Below, one piece after another: positions 1-9,889 of a stretch of 64,000 nt of DNA (positions are counted from its first letter, which is position 1; every line of letters begins with the position of its first letter). This DNA is from an uncultured Lachnospira sp. (GTDB taxonomy: Bacteria; Bacillota; Clostridia; Lachnospirales; Lachnospiraceae), in NCBI GenBank assembly GCA_910587485.1, contig CAJUKN010000014.1:27432-91431 (forward strand). Direction: 5' to 3'. The notes beneath the pieces are model-generated. The model was not told where the DNA came from. It made no database searches and saw only the letters and a list, made by a program, of their open reading frames with translations. A program made the translations under genes and the position numbers.

Positions 1-726
1 GGCAGTGGTACTATTACAGCAAAAGGTTATTTACAAGATAAAGCAGCTTCTCGAAATGGAATGAACAGCATAGAATCTGCGGGTGAAGGGTATCATAAAG
101 GGCATTTAATAGCTGCTCGATCAAACGGAGCAATTATAGAAGAAAATGTTTTTTCTCAAGATGCAGGTTTAAATCAGGGCGTATATAAGAAAGTAGAAAA
201 TGCAGAAATGCGATTGGTTCAAAAAGATTCAGCATTAGTTTTTACGGAAAAGACAGCATTTATATCAAATCATAATGAAAGATTGTCTCGACCAGATGCA
301 TATATGATAAATGATACAATTTTTTATTCAAATGGAGATATGGATACAGTACATCTGTCATTTGCCAATATATCAGCATCCGAGCAAGAAGTGTTAAATG
401 ATGAGTCAAGCTTTGTAGCTTTTGATAATAATATGGAAAATCCTGAAGATACTTTGCGAGATACAATGACAGAGGAAGAATATACTGAATTGATGGAAAA
501 AACAGATAATGAGTTATTAAATATTAGTGAAGAATATGCAAAGCATATAGAAAATTCTTACCTAAATATTGATTTATCTTCAAAAAATATGGCAATAGAC
601 CAATGTAAAGGACTTGATGACTGTAATATAAATAATGATATAAACGAATATGGAGAGTTTGCAGATAACAATGCAAGTAATGATATAGATAATAGTATGG
701 GAGATATGGACATAGGTGGAGAATAA
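1..726 (+). CDS. DNA/RNA non-specific endonuclease-like protein (His-Me finger) with acidic C-terminal tail; 5'-truncated by window edge
   Basis: Frame open from base 1; motif HKGHLIA...ENVFSQDAGLNQGVYKKVEN resembles the xxGH...N..Q...N signature of non-specific endonuclease domains; D/E/N-rich tail. Confidence 0.6.
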   Translation, partial: GSGTITAKGYLQDKAASRNGMNSIESAGEGYHKGHLIAARSNGAIIEENVFSQDAGLNQGVYKKVENAEMRLVQKDSALVFTEKTAFISNHNERLSRPDAYMINDTIFYSNGDMDTVHLSFANISASEQEVLNDESSFVAFDNNMENPEDTLRDTMTEEEYTELMEKTDNELLNISEEYAKHIENSYLNIDLSSKNMAIDQCKGLDDCNINNDINEYGEFADNNASNDIDNSMGDMDIGGE

Positions 727-848
727 ATTTTTTCTTGAAAAATATTGTTATTAAAAAAATGAGAAGAAATATTAAAATTTATTTTAAGAAAAATAGAATA
801 CAATGACAATGGAGGGGAAACTAGAAGTTAATATAAAGGAGGAAAGGT

Positions 849-2141
849 ATGTTTTTAAGGATATATGGTTTTGATACATTGACAAAAGAAAAAATAAAAT
901 GTGTTCCAAAGTCACAAAATATTATTCATCTTAAAATGAAAAATCTTGAAAAACATTGTACAGAAGAATTAGAAGTTGATTTAAACGGTAATATTTTAAT
1001 TAATGGAGTTACTCGTTATGGAAAATCTGTATTTGCACAATCGATTGCAAATCAAATTGAAAAAATAGATAATGCGGATATTCGCGTTTATTTTGATATA
1101 AAAAATGATTATATAAGCAAGTTTTATAGAGAGGGAGATAAAGTGGTTTCCTTTCGAGATAATTTAGGTGCTTATAATTATTTTAAATGGAATCTTGTAA
1201 AAGAAGTGAAAAATTCAGATAATCCAGAATTTGAAATAAAAGAAATCGTCAATATATTATTGGAAGACCGATTAAGTGGTAAAGAAAATGATTTTTTTTA
1301 TAAGGCGGCAGCAAAAATATTTAGTGGATATGTCTTGTCTATTATTCATATACATAAAAATAATTTTAGCAATCAATTATTGATACATAATTTAAAGGTA
1401 TCTGAACCAGATATGATAAAGAAAGTGTTGGGTACATTGCCAGAAAACTATTATATCATCAGGGACTATATGGAAAATGTTCAATCAAAAATGACTCAAA
1501 GCATTATGGCATGTTTGGGGGAATTGCTTGATTTGTTTGGCGGGAATTTTTGCGAAGATGGAGAAGATACAATAGCAGAATATTTAAATGGTGCATATGG
1601 AACACGTTTATTTTTGGAATATGATTATGATAGGAAAGTTTCATCAAATGTTTTTTTTCGATTTTTTTTAAATAAAATAATACGCTATAAATTAAGTCAA
1701 AATACAGACAGAACAAAGAAATGTATGCTGTTTCTTGATGAGGCAGCAGTGTTAAATGGAGATTTCGGGCTGATGGATGCAGCTACACTTGGAGCTGGTA
1801 ATGGACTTTGTTTAATTGTAGTTACACAGAGTTTGGAAAAATTATATTGTATAGCGCCTCAAATGAATAATAATCATATAACCAATGCAAGTCTTGCGGG
1901 ATTTGCCTCTTTTATAACATTTCATCCGGGTGATACTGAAACAATAAATAAAATGGTAAATATTTTTGGGGAAGAAGAATTTACTCGTATGACATTTGGT
2001 TTGTCACGTTATCAGACACCAATTTGTGAAGTGGTAAGACAAAATAAAGTGTCTTCAGATAAATTTGCAAGTCAAAGCGTTGGCGAATTTTATGGAAAAA
2101 TAAAAGGTAATGAAGTGATACATGGTCGATTGATTTTATAA
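849..2141 (+). CDS. VirD4/TraD/TrwB-like coupling-protein ATPase without N-terminal TM anchor
   Basis: Walker A GVTRYGKS, FDIKND, Walker B LFLDE, VVTQSLEKL, C-terminal DTETINKMVNIFGEEE; RBS AAGGAGG. Confidence 0.75.
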   Translation: MFLRIYGFDTLTKEKIKCVPKSQNIIHLKMKNLEKHCTEELEVDLNGNILINGVTRYGKSVFAQSIANQIEKIDNADIRVYFDIKNDYISKFYREGDKVVSFRDNLGAYNYFKWNLVKEVKNSDNPEFEIKEIVNILLEDRLSGKENDFFYKAAAKIFSGYVLSIIHIHKNNFSNQLLIHNLKVSEPDMIKKVLGTLPENYYIIRDYMENVQSKMTQSIMACLGELLDLFGGNFCEDGEDTIAEYLNGAYGTRLFLEYDYDRKVSSNVFFRFFLNKIIRYKLSQNTDRTKKCMLFLDEAAVLNGDFGLMDAATLGAGNGLCLIVVTQSLEKLYCIAPQMNNNHITNASLAGFASFITFHPGDTETINKMVNIFGEEEFTRMTFGLSRYQTPICEVVRQNKVSSDKFASQSVGEFYGKIKGNEVIHGRLIL

Positions 2142-2161
2142 TTTGAAAGGGGAATTTTATT

Positions 2162-3331
2162 ATGAATTATTCAGATATTATTACAATGTATGCAAATGGT
2201 ACAGGTAGTAGCCAAAGAGGATATTTATGTTCGGGAGAAGATGCATTTATAGCAAGCTGCATTTTAAATGATATTGTTCATTTAGCAACAGGCTCTATTG
2301 TTGTAATTGATGATAGTGGTGTGATGAGGGAGCAAGTTATCAAGAATTTATATCATTGTGGTTATACCACTATAAATGGTTTAGAGCAAAAATTATGTTA
2401 TCAGGATATTTTGGATATTACCAATATTTCAGGTATAAGCAGAATTAGAACATTACTTTCAATTACAGGATTTGACGAGATGCAGATTCAAAAAATAATT
2501 GCCTATCTTTCATTTATAAAACATGTAGAAATGTTGGCTGGAAATGAGGGCAAAGTTTCATTAGAAGTTTTAACAAAATATTCAACAAATATAGAAGTAA
2601 AAAAATATTTGGATAATTTAACAATATCTGGTCAAATTTCTAATATGGAGCAATTGTACCTTCTTTCAAAATATTCGGAAATTGCTTCAGCGGTAGCAGA
2701 TTTTGAGAATATTTTAATTATAATGGGACAATTTATAACTGGTAATATAACTGTGAAAAAAGTATTACAAAATGCTAAACAAGCATTATATATTCCGTTG
2801 TATATGTTGGGAAGAGATATATGTATGAAAAAATTACTAATGGAGATGATAACGCTTGTTATATCTGATAAAGGAACAATGTGCAAAGATATAATTGTGT
2901 TGGATAATGGCAGAGAACAGTCCAATTATTTGTCAGAATTTTTGCAGGGGATTCAATATTCAAATAAGAAAATTCATGTTATTTCTCAGGATATTTTTTT
3001 AGCAGACGAACGATTCAGACAAATTATTATGTGCAGTACTGATATTCGAGTATATTCTCGTCATAGTAATATGGATTCATGTGAAGAAATTGAAAAATTG
3101 CTTGGAAGTATGGATATTGTAAAACAGACTTACAGTGTTGACTATTCACGTCAATGGAAAACAAATAGTGCATGGGATATGCTGCTTGGAAATAATAAAG
3201 TGGAACATTATAATTGGAATGCTCCAGTAAGAGAACCTAAATATAGAAAAGAAGATATCCATACTTTTTCACAATATGTTGGAATTATAGAGGTTAATGG
3301 AAATAGCAGTATATTTAATTGTGCGAATTGA
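2162..3331 (+). CDS. Degenerate VirD4/TraD-like P-loop protein (paralogue of upstream gene)
   Basis: IVVIDDSG, IIVLDNG, VISQDI and SCEEIEKLLGSMDIV occupy equivalent positions to coupling-protein motifs; Walker A lysine absent (CSGEDAFIAS). Confidence 0.45.
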   Translation: MNYSDIITMYANGTGSSQRGYLCSGEDAFIASCILNDIVHLATGSIVVIDDSGVMREQVIKNLYHCGYTTINGLEQKLCYQDILDITNISGISRIRTLLSITGFDEMQIQKIIAYLSFIKHVEMLAGNEGKVSLEVLTKYSTNIEVKKYLDNLTISGQISNMEQLYLLSKYSEIASAVADFENILIIMGQFITGNITVKKVLQNAKQALYIPLYMLGRDICMKKLLMEMITLVISDKGTMCKDIIVLDNGREQSNYLSEFLQGIQYSNKKIHVISQDIFLADERFRQIIMCSTDIRVYSRHSNMDSCEEIEKLLGSMDIVKQTYSVDYSRQWKTNSAWDMLLGNNKVEHYNWNAPVREPKYRKEDIHTFSQYVGIIEVNGNSSIFNCAN

Positions 3332-3380
3332 TAATAATAAAAAATATACATAAAGGTAAATATAGAAAGGATGTGTTTTT

Positions 3381-4247
3381 ATGAAACTTTTAGGAATAAC
3401 AAAGGTGTTGTTGTTTTTAATTATAGATTTTTATCTGCTTTATCAGATACTGGGTATTGAAACAGCAATTTGGTCAATTATCGTAGTGATTTTAGGCATT
3501 TGGGCATTTGAATACATAGATGTGATGCGTAATTGTGGCATTCCATTAAATAATTCTTGTGATTATGAAAAAATAAAACTTACAAATGCGTATAATCGTT
3601 TGTCAGATAAAATTTTTGATGTCGAAGGCAAAAAGATGGGAAAGTTAAAATTATATGTTATTCCAGATAACAGTGCTAGGGCTTTTTCTTATGGATTGCA
3701 CTGCGTAGGGGTGACTAATGGATTACTTCAAAATGTTGATGATATTACTTTATGTGCTATATTGGCTCGTGAAGTATACCATAAAATAAATTTGGATGCT
3801 ATTTTTAAGCGAATTATATTTGTGAATATGGTTATTATTATGGCAATATTATCAATAAATTCCATTATTACATCAGCAATAATATGGATTATATTTTTTA
3901 TATTGTGTTTGTTAAAGATATGTGGTGGGAGATATTTTTCATATTGGATAACATCTGGAATTTCCAAAGCATTTAAGGGATTCTTTTCTGGACTTCAAAG
4001 AGTATTCGTTTTTATATTTAAAACAAGTATAGGATTTGTCAGTCGTTACAGTGAATATGAAGCTGATAAGTATTGTGCAAAGTTAGGGTATGCACAACAA
4101 CTTAGATATTTTATAATCAGATTTGAGAGTGGAACAAGTCAACAAGGAACAAGAAGATTTACAGATATATTATATGATACAAAGCCGCATCCAAATAAGC
4201 GAATTGCAAAGTTAGAACAATATATGATGCAATTTTTTGTTGGATAA
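3381..4247 (+). CDS. M48/HtpX-like membrane peptidase homologue with degenerate zinc motif
   Basis: ARAFSYG, VTNGLL, AILAREVYH (HExxH position), SRYSEYEADKY, TKPHPNKRIAKL; TM segments. Confidence 0.75.
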   Translation: MKLLGITKVLLFLIIDFYLLYQILGIETAIWSIIVVILGIWAFEYIDVMRNCGIPLNNSCDYEKIKLTNAYNRLSDKIFDVEGKKMGKLKLYVIPDNSARAFSYGLHCVGVTNGLLQNVDDITLCAILAREVYHKINLDAIFKRIIFVNMVIIMAILSINSIITSAIIWIIFFILCLLKICGGRYFSYWITSGISKAFKGFFSGLQRVFVFIFKTSIGFVSRYSEYEADKYCAKLGYAQQLRYFIIRFESGTSQQGTRRFTDILYDTKPHPNKRIAKLEQYMMQFFVG

Positions 4248-4311
4248 ACAATACTTTTTGTTGTTATATTTATTTTTATTATTGAAGCTATTGTAATTAA
4301 ATAAAATCTAA

Positions 4312-4420
4312 TTAGTAACTTGTGTCTGTGCATTGTTTGACACAAAGTTACTAAAAAAATCCTTTACGATTTTTTAACTTAAAGATTCTTGCGCAAAAGC
4401 AATGCAGAAATGAGGAGTTT
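4312..4420 (+). repeat. Family A RBS-proximal structured repeat, copy 1
   Basis: Stem TTAGTAACTTGTGTC/GACACAAAGTTACTAA; loop TGCATTGTTT complementary to AAGCAATGCA just before GAAATGAGG. Confidence 0.8.
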
Positions 4421-4969
4421 ATGAGAAAAGCAATTAAAAATAAGAGAAAGATTATTAAAGCATATGAACTTGGCAAGAAATGTGCAGAGATTCAGAGATT
4501 AATTAAGGAAGAAAAAATTAAGAAAATATCAGAGGAAGAATATGAAATATTTTCACAGGAGGCAGTTAATGGAAGGGGGCAGATAGCTTGTAAAGGAGAT
4601 TTTGTTAAGATGGATACAACAGGTTCACCATATCCAAATGACAGAAAATTTTTTCTTGAAAATCATAAACATATTCAGGAGTGTGAGTATGAGCAAATAT
4701 CTCAGCCTGTATATATTTGGCAGGCGTATGAAGACATGTGTCTGGAAGTTGAATTTTTAATTAAAAATAAAAATTTGATAATTAATAAGGAAAATAAAGA
4801 AAAATATTATACAGCTTCGCTTTGGGGGACAAAGTTATCTGCTGCAAGAGATGCATATTTGATTTTTTATTCTATTAAAAAAGATTTAAATGGAAGTATT
4901 ATTGATATTGACTTTAATTTTGTAGAACATGAAGAATTTGAAAAAACATACACTATTATTAATAATTGA
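4421..4969 (+). CDS. Hypothetical protein, two internal PGDYG-like repeats
   Basis: 182-aa ORF with RBS GAGG; ACKGDFVK...PYPNDRKFFLENH and AARDAYLI...FVEHEEFEKTY. Confidence 0.55.
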   Translation: MRKAIKNKRKIIKAYELGKKCAEIQRLIKEEKIKKISEEEYEIFSQEAVNGRGQIACKGDFVKMDTTGSPYPNDRKFFLENHKHIQECEYEQISQPVYIWQAYEDMCLEVEFLIKNKNLIINKENKEKYYTASLWGTKLSAARDAYLIFYSIKKDLNGSIIDIDFNFVEHEEFEKTYTIINN

Positions 4970-5089
4970 TAAATATCGATGATTAATAAATTTTATAATA
5001 ATTTTTATATGTGAAAACAATTTTAAAAAGATTACAAAATAAATATTGACTAAATTGTAATAAAATGATAATATGTAATCAAATTTAAA

Positions 5090-5623
5090 ATGAATGGGGT
5101 TAAAATGATGATTTATTATTTTATTAAATTTAGGTTAGCTAATGATAAGATGGTTGGAAAGGTTCAATTAGATTCAGCAACAAATCAGATGATTTTTGAA
5201 AAAGCAAAACAGGATTTTAATAGGGCAGGTGCTAAAGCAAGAACATATAAGCAAATTGTAAAGCAGACTATAAATTCATCTTCAATTGACCTTATATTGG
5301 AAGTAAAAAAACATATTCCTAGTCCAACGATGTGTTTTAGGAATTATTCAAAATTTATTATTGACAATTATGAAAATATTGTAAAAGAATGGATTACTAC
5401 ATCAGGAAATTTTTTAAGAGGGATTGAGGTCTATGAAATAGATAGTCCAAAGCTTCATTGTGGTAATAATGTAATTGAAGAGAAAGAGATGTCAAATAAA
5501 GATTTGATTAAAGCGATTGTGGATTTGTGTATGGAAGTAGAAAATAAAACAACTGAAGATAAAAAACAAAGACAATGGACGATTACAAAAATTAAGGATA
5601 TTGTAAAAGAATATTATCAATAA
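5090..5623 (+). CDS. Hypothetical protein
   Basis: 177-aa ORF (start may be 5105); upstream TTGACT...TGATAATAT promoter-like sequence. Confidence 0.6.
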   Translation: MNGVKMMIYYFIKFRLANDKMVGKVQLDSATNQMIFEKAKQDFNRAGAKARTYKQIVKQTINSSSIDLILEVKKHIPSPTMCFRNYSKFIIDNYENIVKEWITTSGNFLRGIEVYEIDSPKLHCGNNVIEEKEMSNKDLIKAIVDLCMEVENKTTEDKKQRQWTITKIKDIVKEYYQ

Positions 5624-5677
5624 AAGTTATTCTTGAAATGAAATTTTTATTCTGATGCAATATGTAAATCGGAATTA

Positions 5678-5716
5678 AGTGGATATTCACAATCCGCTTG
5701 ATGATTTGTTTAGCTT
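5678..5716 (-). repeat. Family B repeat core (partial)
   Basis: Reverse complement reads AAGCGGATTGTGAATATCC. Confidence 0.7.
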
Positions 5717-5963
5717 AAGATTGAGAATTAAAATTTTCAGCCTGCAAGTTATTATGCAAAAGATGTTACATATCTTTGCTAGAACTTGAGCCATTAGCTG
5801 TTCTTAGATGTTGATTTTTGCTTTAACAGAAAGTATGATGATTATAAAATCGATGAAGATATATTGTGGCGAGGATAGGTTGACCAAAGGCAAAAATTAA
5901 AAAGATAATTTTGGAAAATAGAAGTATATATAATGAAAGCTAGTTTTAGGGAGATGATATGCT

Positions 5964-6806
5964 TTGGAGAAAGGAAATTATGAAATTATACGTTTCTTAG
6001 ATTGGGAAGTGGTAAAACTCATTCCTCACGTAGAAAAATATACGGCAGGAAAAAGGTCAGTATTTCGACATTGGCATACAGGAATAGAGATTTTATATTT
6101 TTTGGGAGGAGATAGTACACTTTGGATTAATGGCAAAGAAATTCATATTAAAGAGGAAGGCATAGTGTTGGTAAATAGTAACGAACCACATCAGTTAATC
6201 CGTTATGAAACAGACCAAGCTAGAGGCTGTACAATTATCATTTCATATGAGTATATAAAAATGCTGTATAGAAAGGTAGACCAATGTTACTTTGCACTAG
6301 ATAAACAACATCCCTCTTTTGAAAAACTGAAGTGGTATATGAAAGAGGTGCTTTCCGTTTATCAAAGAAAAAGTCGAAATGAATTTTATTATATAAAATT
6401 GAACAATATAGTGAATGAAATTATTTATTTGCTGCTGACAGATTTTCGTATTGAAAATGGAGAGATGAAAACACAGAAATATGGAGAACGATATCGGGCA
6501 ATTATTCAGTTTATAGAGGAGCATTATCGTGAAAATTTAAAAATGGAGGAACTTGCGGATAGATTCCATTTTAGCAAAGAATATTTTTCACGTAGTTTTA
6601 AAAAATATATGGGGGTAAATTTTAAAGATTATTTAACAAAAAGAAGACTGTTGGAAGCAGAACAATTGTTGTTGACCACAGATATGCAGATATCGGAAAT
6701 TGCGTTAGAAAGTGGATTTATAGATATTAAAATGTTTTATGTAGTATTTAAAAAAGAATATGGAAGTACTCCAAATATATATAGAAAAGAGAAATCTATG
6801 AAATAG
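5964..6806 (+). CDS. AraC family transcriptional regulator (cupin + HTH)
   Basis: HWH...EILY cupin motif; LADRFHFSKEYFSRSFKK and ISEIALESGF...FKKEYGSTP. Confidence 0.95.
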   Translation: MEKGNYEIIRFLDWEVVKLIPHVEKYTAGKRSVFRHWHTGIEILYFLGGDSTLWINGKEIHIKEEGIVLVNSNEPHQLIRYETDQARGCTIIISYEYIKMLYRKVDQCYFALDKQHPSFEKLKWYMKEVLSVYQRKSRNEFYYIKLNNIVNEIIYLLLTDFRIENGEMKTQKYGERYRAIIQFIEEHYRENLKMEELADRFHFSKEYFSRSFKKYMGVNFKDYLTKRRLLEAEQLLLTTDMQISEIALESGFIDIKMFYVVFKKEYGSTPNIYRKEKSMK

Positions 6807-7024
6807 GAGATTTCTTTTTTTTGGTCAAAAAAAGGAATAAAACAGGTTAAATTAGGGAAAGAAAAAATTGATAGTTATAATTAAAATGATAATAGAAAGA
6901 AAAGACATAGGAGAAGAATTATTGATTTTAGTGAATAGAGGTGATAGAGCTATTGAAGAACTTATAAAAAAATTTATTCAGACATAATTAAAATATTTAA
7001 CAAATATTGTAGAAAGGATGTATT

Positions 7025-7939
7025 ATGATAGAAGCAAAAATGTGTTCTTATGAAGAATTTCCAGCAAGCGAGTTGTCACCAGAAGGAATGAAAGTTATAA
7101 AGGCAGATAACTCTCTACAATTTGCAATACCTCAACTTAATATTAAATATGCAGAAAAGGATGGAATGCCGTTGCATCTCCATATCATTACTCCGCCAAT
7201 GGAAAAGAAAGATATGATAGAAAAGAAAAAAAAATTTCCATTGGTAGTTTTCATTCAAGGTTCAGCGTGGAAAAAACAGAATTTAGATGGAAAAATTCAT
7301 ATTTTATGTGAATTTGCAACTCGAGGTTATGTTGTGGCTATTGTGGAGTATCGCCCATCTGATGTTGCACTATTTCCTGCGCAAATAAAAGATGTAAAAA
7401 CAGCAATTCGTTTTTTGCAAGAGAAAGCAGATGATTATCATATAGATAGAAATAATATTTTTGTGTGGGGTAATTCATCTGGTGGACATACCAGTGTGAT
7501 GGTAGCAGCAACTATGGAACAGGAATATAATGATGAAGATGGACAGCTTAATATAAAAGCATTTATTGATTTTTATGGTCCAACAGACATTACAAAAATG
7601 AATGATGAGCCATCTACACAAGACCATATGTCACCAGAAAGTCCAGAAGGGAAGTTGATTGGAAAACGTCCAGTTGATAGCAGCCCTGAATGGACAGATA
7701 AAGTTAATCCAATAAATCATATTAGTGAGGAGCGAGAAATAAAGCCACTATTGATTATTCATGGAGATAAAGACCGATTAGTACCATTTCAACAAAGTGT
7801 ACTTTTATATGAAGCAATGAAAAAATTAAATAAAAATGTGGAATTTTATAAACTACAAGGTGCTGACCATGGGGGTGATGCATTTTGGAAAAAACCAATT
7901 TTAGATTTGGTTGAACATTTTTTTAAGAAAAACATGTAA
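7025..7939 (+). CDS. Alpha/beta hydrolase (acetylesterase/lipase-like)
   Basis: GNSSGG nucleophile elbow, HGDKDRLVP, GADHG. Confidence 0.9.
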   Translation: MIEAKMCSYEEFPASELSPEGMKVIKADNSLQFAIPQLNIKYAEKDGMPLHLHIITPPMEKKDMIEKKKKFPLVVFIQGSAWKKQNLDGKIHILCEFATRGYVVAIVEYRPSDVALFPAQIKDVKTAIRFLQEKADDYHIDRNNIFVWGNSSGGHTSVMVAATMEQEYNDEDGQLNIKAFIDFYGPTDITKMNDEPSTQDHMSPESPEGKLIGKRPVDSSPEWTDKVNPINHISEEREIKPLLIIHGDKDRLVPFQQSVLLYEAMKKLNKNVEFYKLQGADHGGDAFWKKPILDLVEHFFKKNM

Positions 7940-8170
7940 ATGGAAGAGGTAAATAGCTTGTAAAGGGGATTTTATTCGATATGTTATAAAATCCCTTGCT
8001 TTAACTAAGGGAGTGTCAATAAAATTAATACAACAGATTCATCCTAATTTAAATGATAATGATTTTTCTTGCAATAAAATTTTTATTCTGATACGATATA
8101 TTTTAGCTTATAAGAGCATAAAAAATATACAAATTAGATTAAAAATTTTTATTGACAAGGAGGATTCATT

Positions 8171-9232
8171 ATGTATCATTTGCGATTAAAAGGCAAGCAT
8201 TATGAAATGGGGGTAAAACGTGGAAAAATTTTTAATAAAGGTCAACTATCCTTTCCGCTTCAATTAGATAATTTTCAACTGGAACATGGAAAACAAAGCG
8301 AGAAGATATTAAGAAAATTTTTTCCTGAAGTCTGTGAGGAAATAAAAGGTGTAAGCGATACAATAGGTGTCGATTATTCGTATTTTGTTAGTTGGATGCT
8401 ATGTATGGGTTGCTGTATGTATAATTTAGAAAAGAATATTCCTGTTGAGATTCGAGGTTGTACTGCTTTTGCCTATTCAAAAGGCGGCAAAATGATATAT
8501 GGCAGAAATAATGATTTACCGCCATATTTACGAGATGGCAGCAAAAGTGAAATTTATGCGCCAAAGGGTGGCAATCGATTTAATATTACAACGTCTTCTT
8601 TCATTAATGGCGAGGAGGGATTAAACGAACATGGACTTGCTGTCGCTATGACATTTGTTATGACACAGCTTGAAAAAATACAGGCAGGATTTAATTCTTG
8701 TTTTATTGTCCGCTATTTGCTTGAAAAGGCAAATAATACACAACAGGCAATTACATTGCTTTCTGATTTGCCGATTGCTTCTAATTGCAATATTTTGCTT
8801 GCAGATAAAAATGGTAATATGGTGGTTGTTGAATGTACACCATCCGTTAAAAAAATTCGAGAACCCCAAAAAATTGGTAAAGATAGTATTGTTTGTACAG
8901 TCAATAGTTTTATATCCAACGAAATGAGATTATATGATGATTCCAATGGAAATGATTATGATTCTCATAAAAGGTATAATGTTGTTATGGATAGTTTTTC
9001 AAAGTACATAAAAGAAAATTATATTGAAACAACAAAACAACTGTTAAAAGGTGATTATGGTTTTATGTGTCAGTATGATAATGAGCCTGATTTTGAAACG
9101 GTTTGGAGTTCGATATTTGATTTAGAAACATTAGTAATTTATCGTGCAGAAGGTGACCCAAGAAAAAAGAAATTTATTGATGATAACCGACTGCATGATA
9201 TTCGATTAAAAGAGAATAAAATATTATATTGA
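8171..9232 (+). CDS. C45 family autoproteolytic acyltransferase/hydrolase (Ntn fold)
   Basis: GCTAF cleavage motif, GRNND, EGLNEHGLAV. Confidence 0.85.
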   Translation: MYHLRLKGKHYEMGVKRGKIFNKGQLSFPLQLDNFQLEHGKQSEKILRKFFPEVCEEIKGVSDTIGVDYSYFVSWMLCMGCCMYNLEKNIPVEIRGCTAFAYSKGGKMIYGRNNDLPPYLRDGSKSEIYAPKGGNRFNITTSSFINGEEGLNEHGLAVAMTFVMTQLEKIQAGFNSCFIVRYLLEKANNTQQAITLLSDLPIASNCNILLADKNGNMVVVECTPSVKKIREPQKIGKDSIVCTVNSFISNEMRLYDDSNGNDYDSHKRYNVVMDSFSKYIKENYIETTKQLLKGDYGFMCQYDNEPDFETVWSSIFDLETLVIYRAEGDPRKKKFIDDNRLHDIRLKENKILY

Positions 9233-9437
9233 TAGAATAAAGTTATTAAATAAAAATAATATTAATCAAATTATATGTTATATGATAATATCCTTCCAAC
9301 TTTACTTTTTGAAGTTTGGAAGGATTTTGTGGTTTGAAAATAAAATTCATTTTAGATAATTTTTGTTGGATTATAATTTTATATTTTAAAAATTGGATTT
9401 TAATAATTATCAAAAATCTATGTTTTTATAATATTTG

Positions 9438-9584
9438 TCAACATTCTATTTCATAAATCTTTCCATTTTGAAAAAATATTTTGAAAATATTTTCTTTGTC
9501 ATAAGTTTCAATATCATTTATTCCAATATTATCGGCAGCATTAAGCAAATCAAAAAGTTTATCTTTAAAGTATTCAATGTCCAT
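9438..9584 (-). CDS. Small hypothetical protein (48 aa), below ORF-track cutoff
   Basis: GGAGG RBS then MDIEYFKDKLFDLLNAADNIGINDIETYDKENIFKIFFQNGKIYEIEC*. Confidence 0.65.
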   Translation of the reverse strand: MDIEYFKDKLFDLLNAADNIGINDIETYDKENIFKIFFQNGKIYEIEC

Positions 9585-9889
9585 TTATTTTCCTCCTGAA
9601 AAAAGTTTGATTATATTACAAGTATTACAATACTTATTACAGATTATAAAAATACTATAACAAGTTTAAAATAGAAGTGCAAGAAAAAATTTGTATTTAT
9701 AACAAGAGATAAGAATGGATAAAGCTGAAATGAATTAGAAACAAATAAATAGTTATATTTAATTTTTTAAAATGAACATTTGTTCCTGTTTCTAAATCTC
9801 TTATGCTTCTTTAGGATTACAAAATTTCTATAACAAGTATAAAATATAGATAAATAAGATAGGGAAAATAGTTCTGTTAGAGGTGAAAC

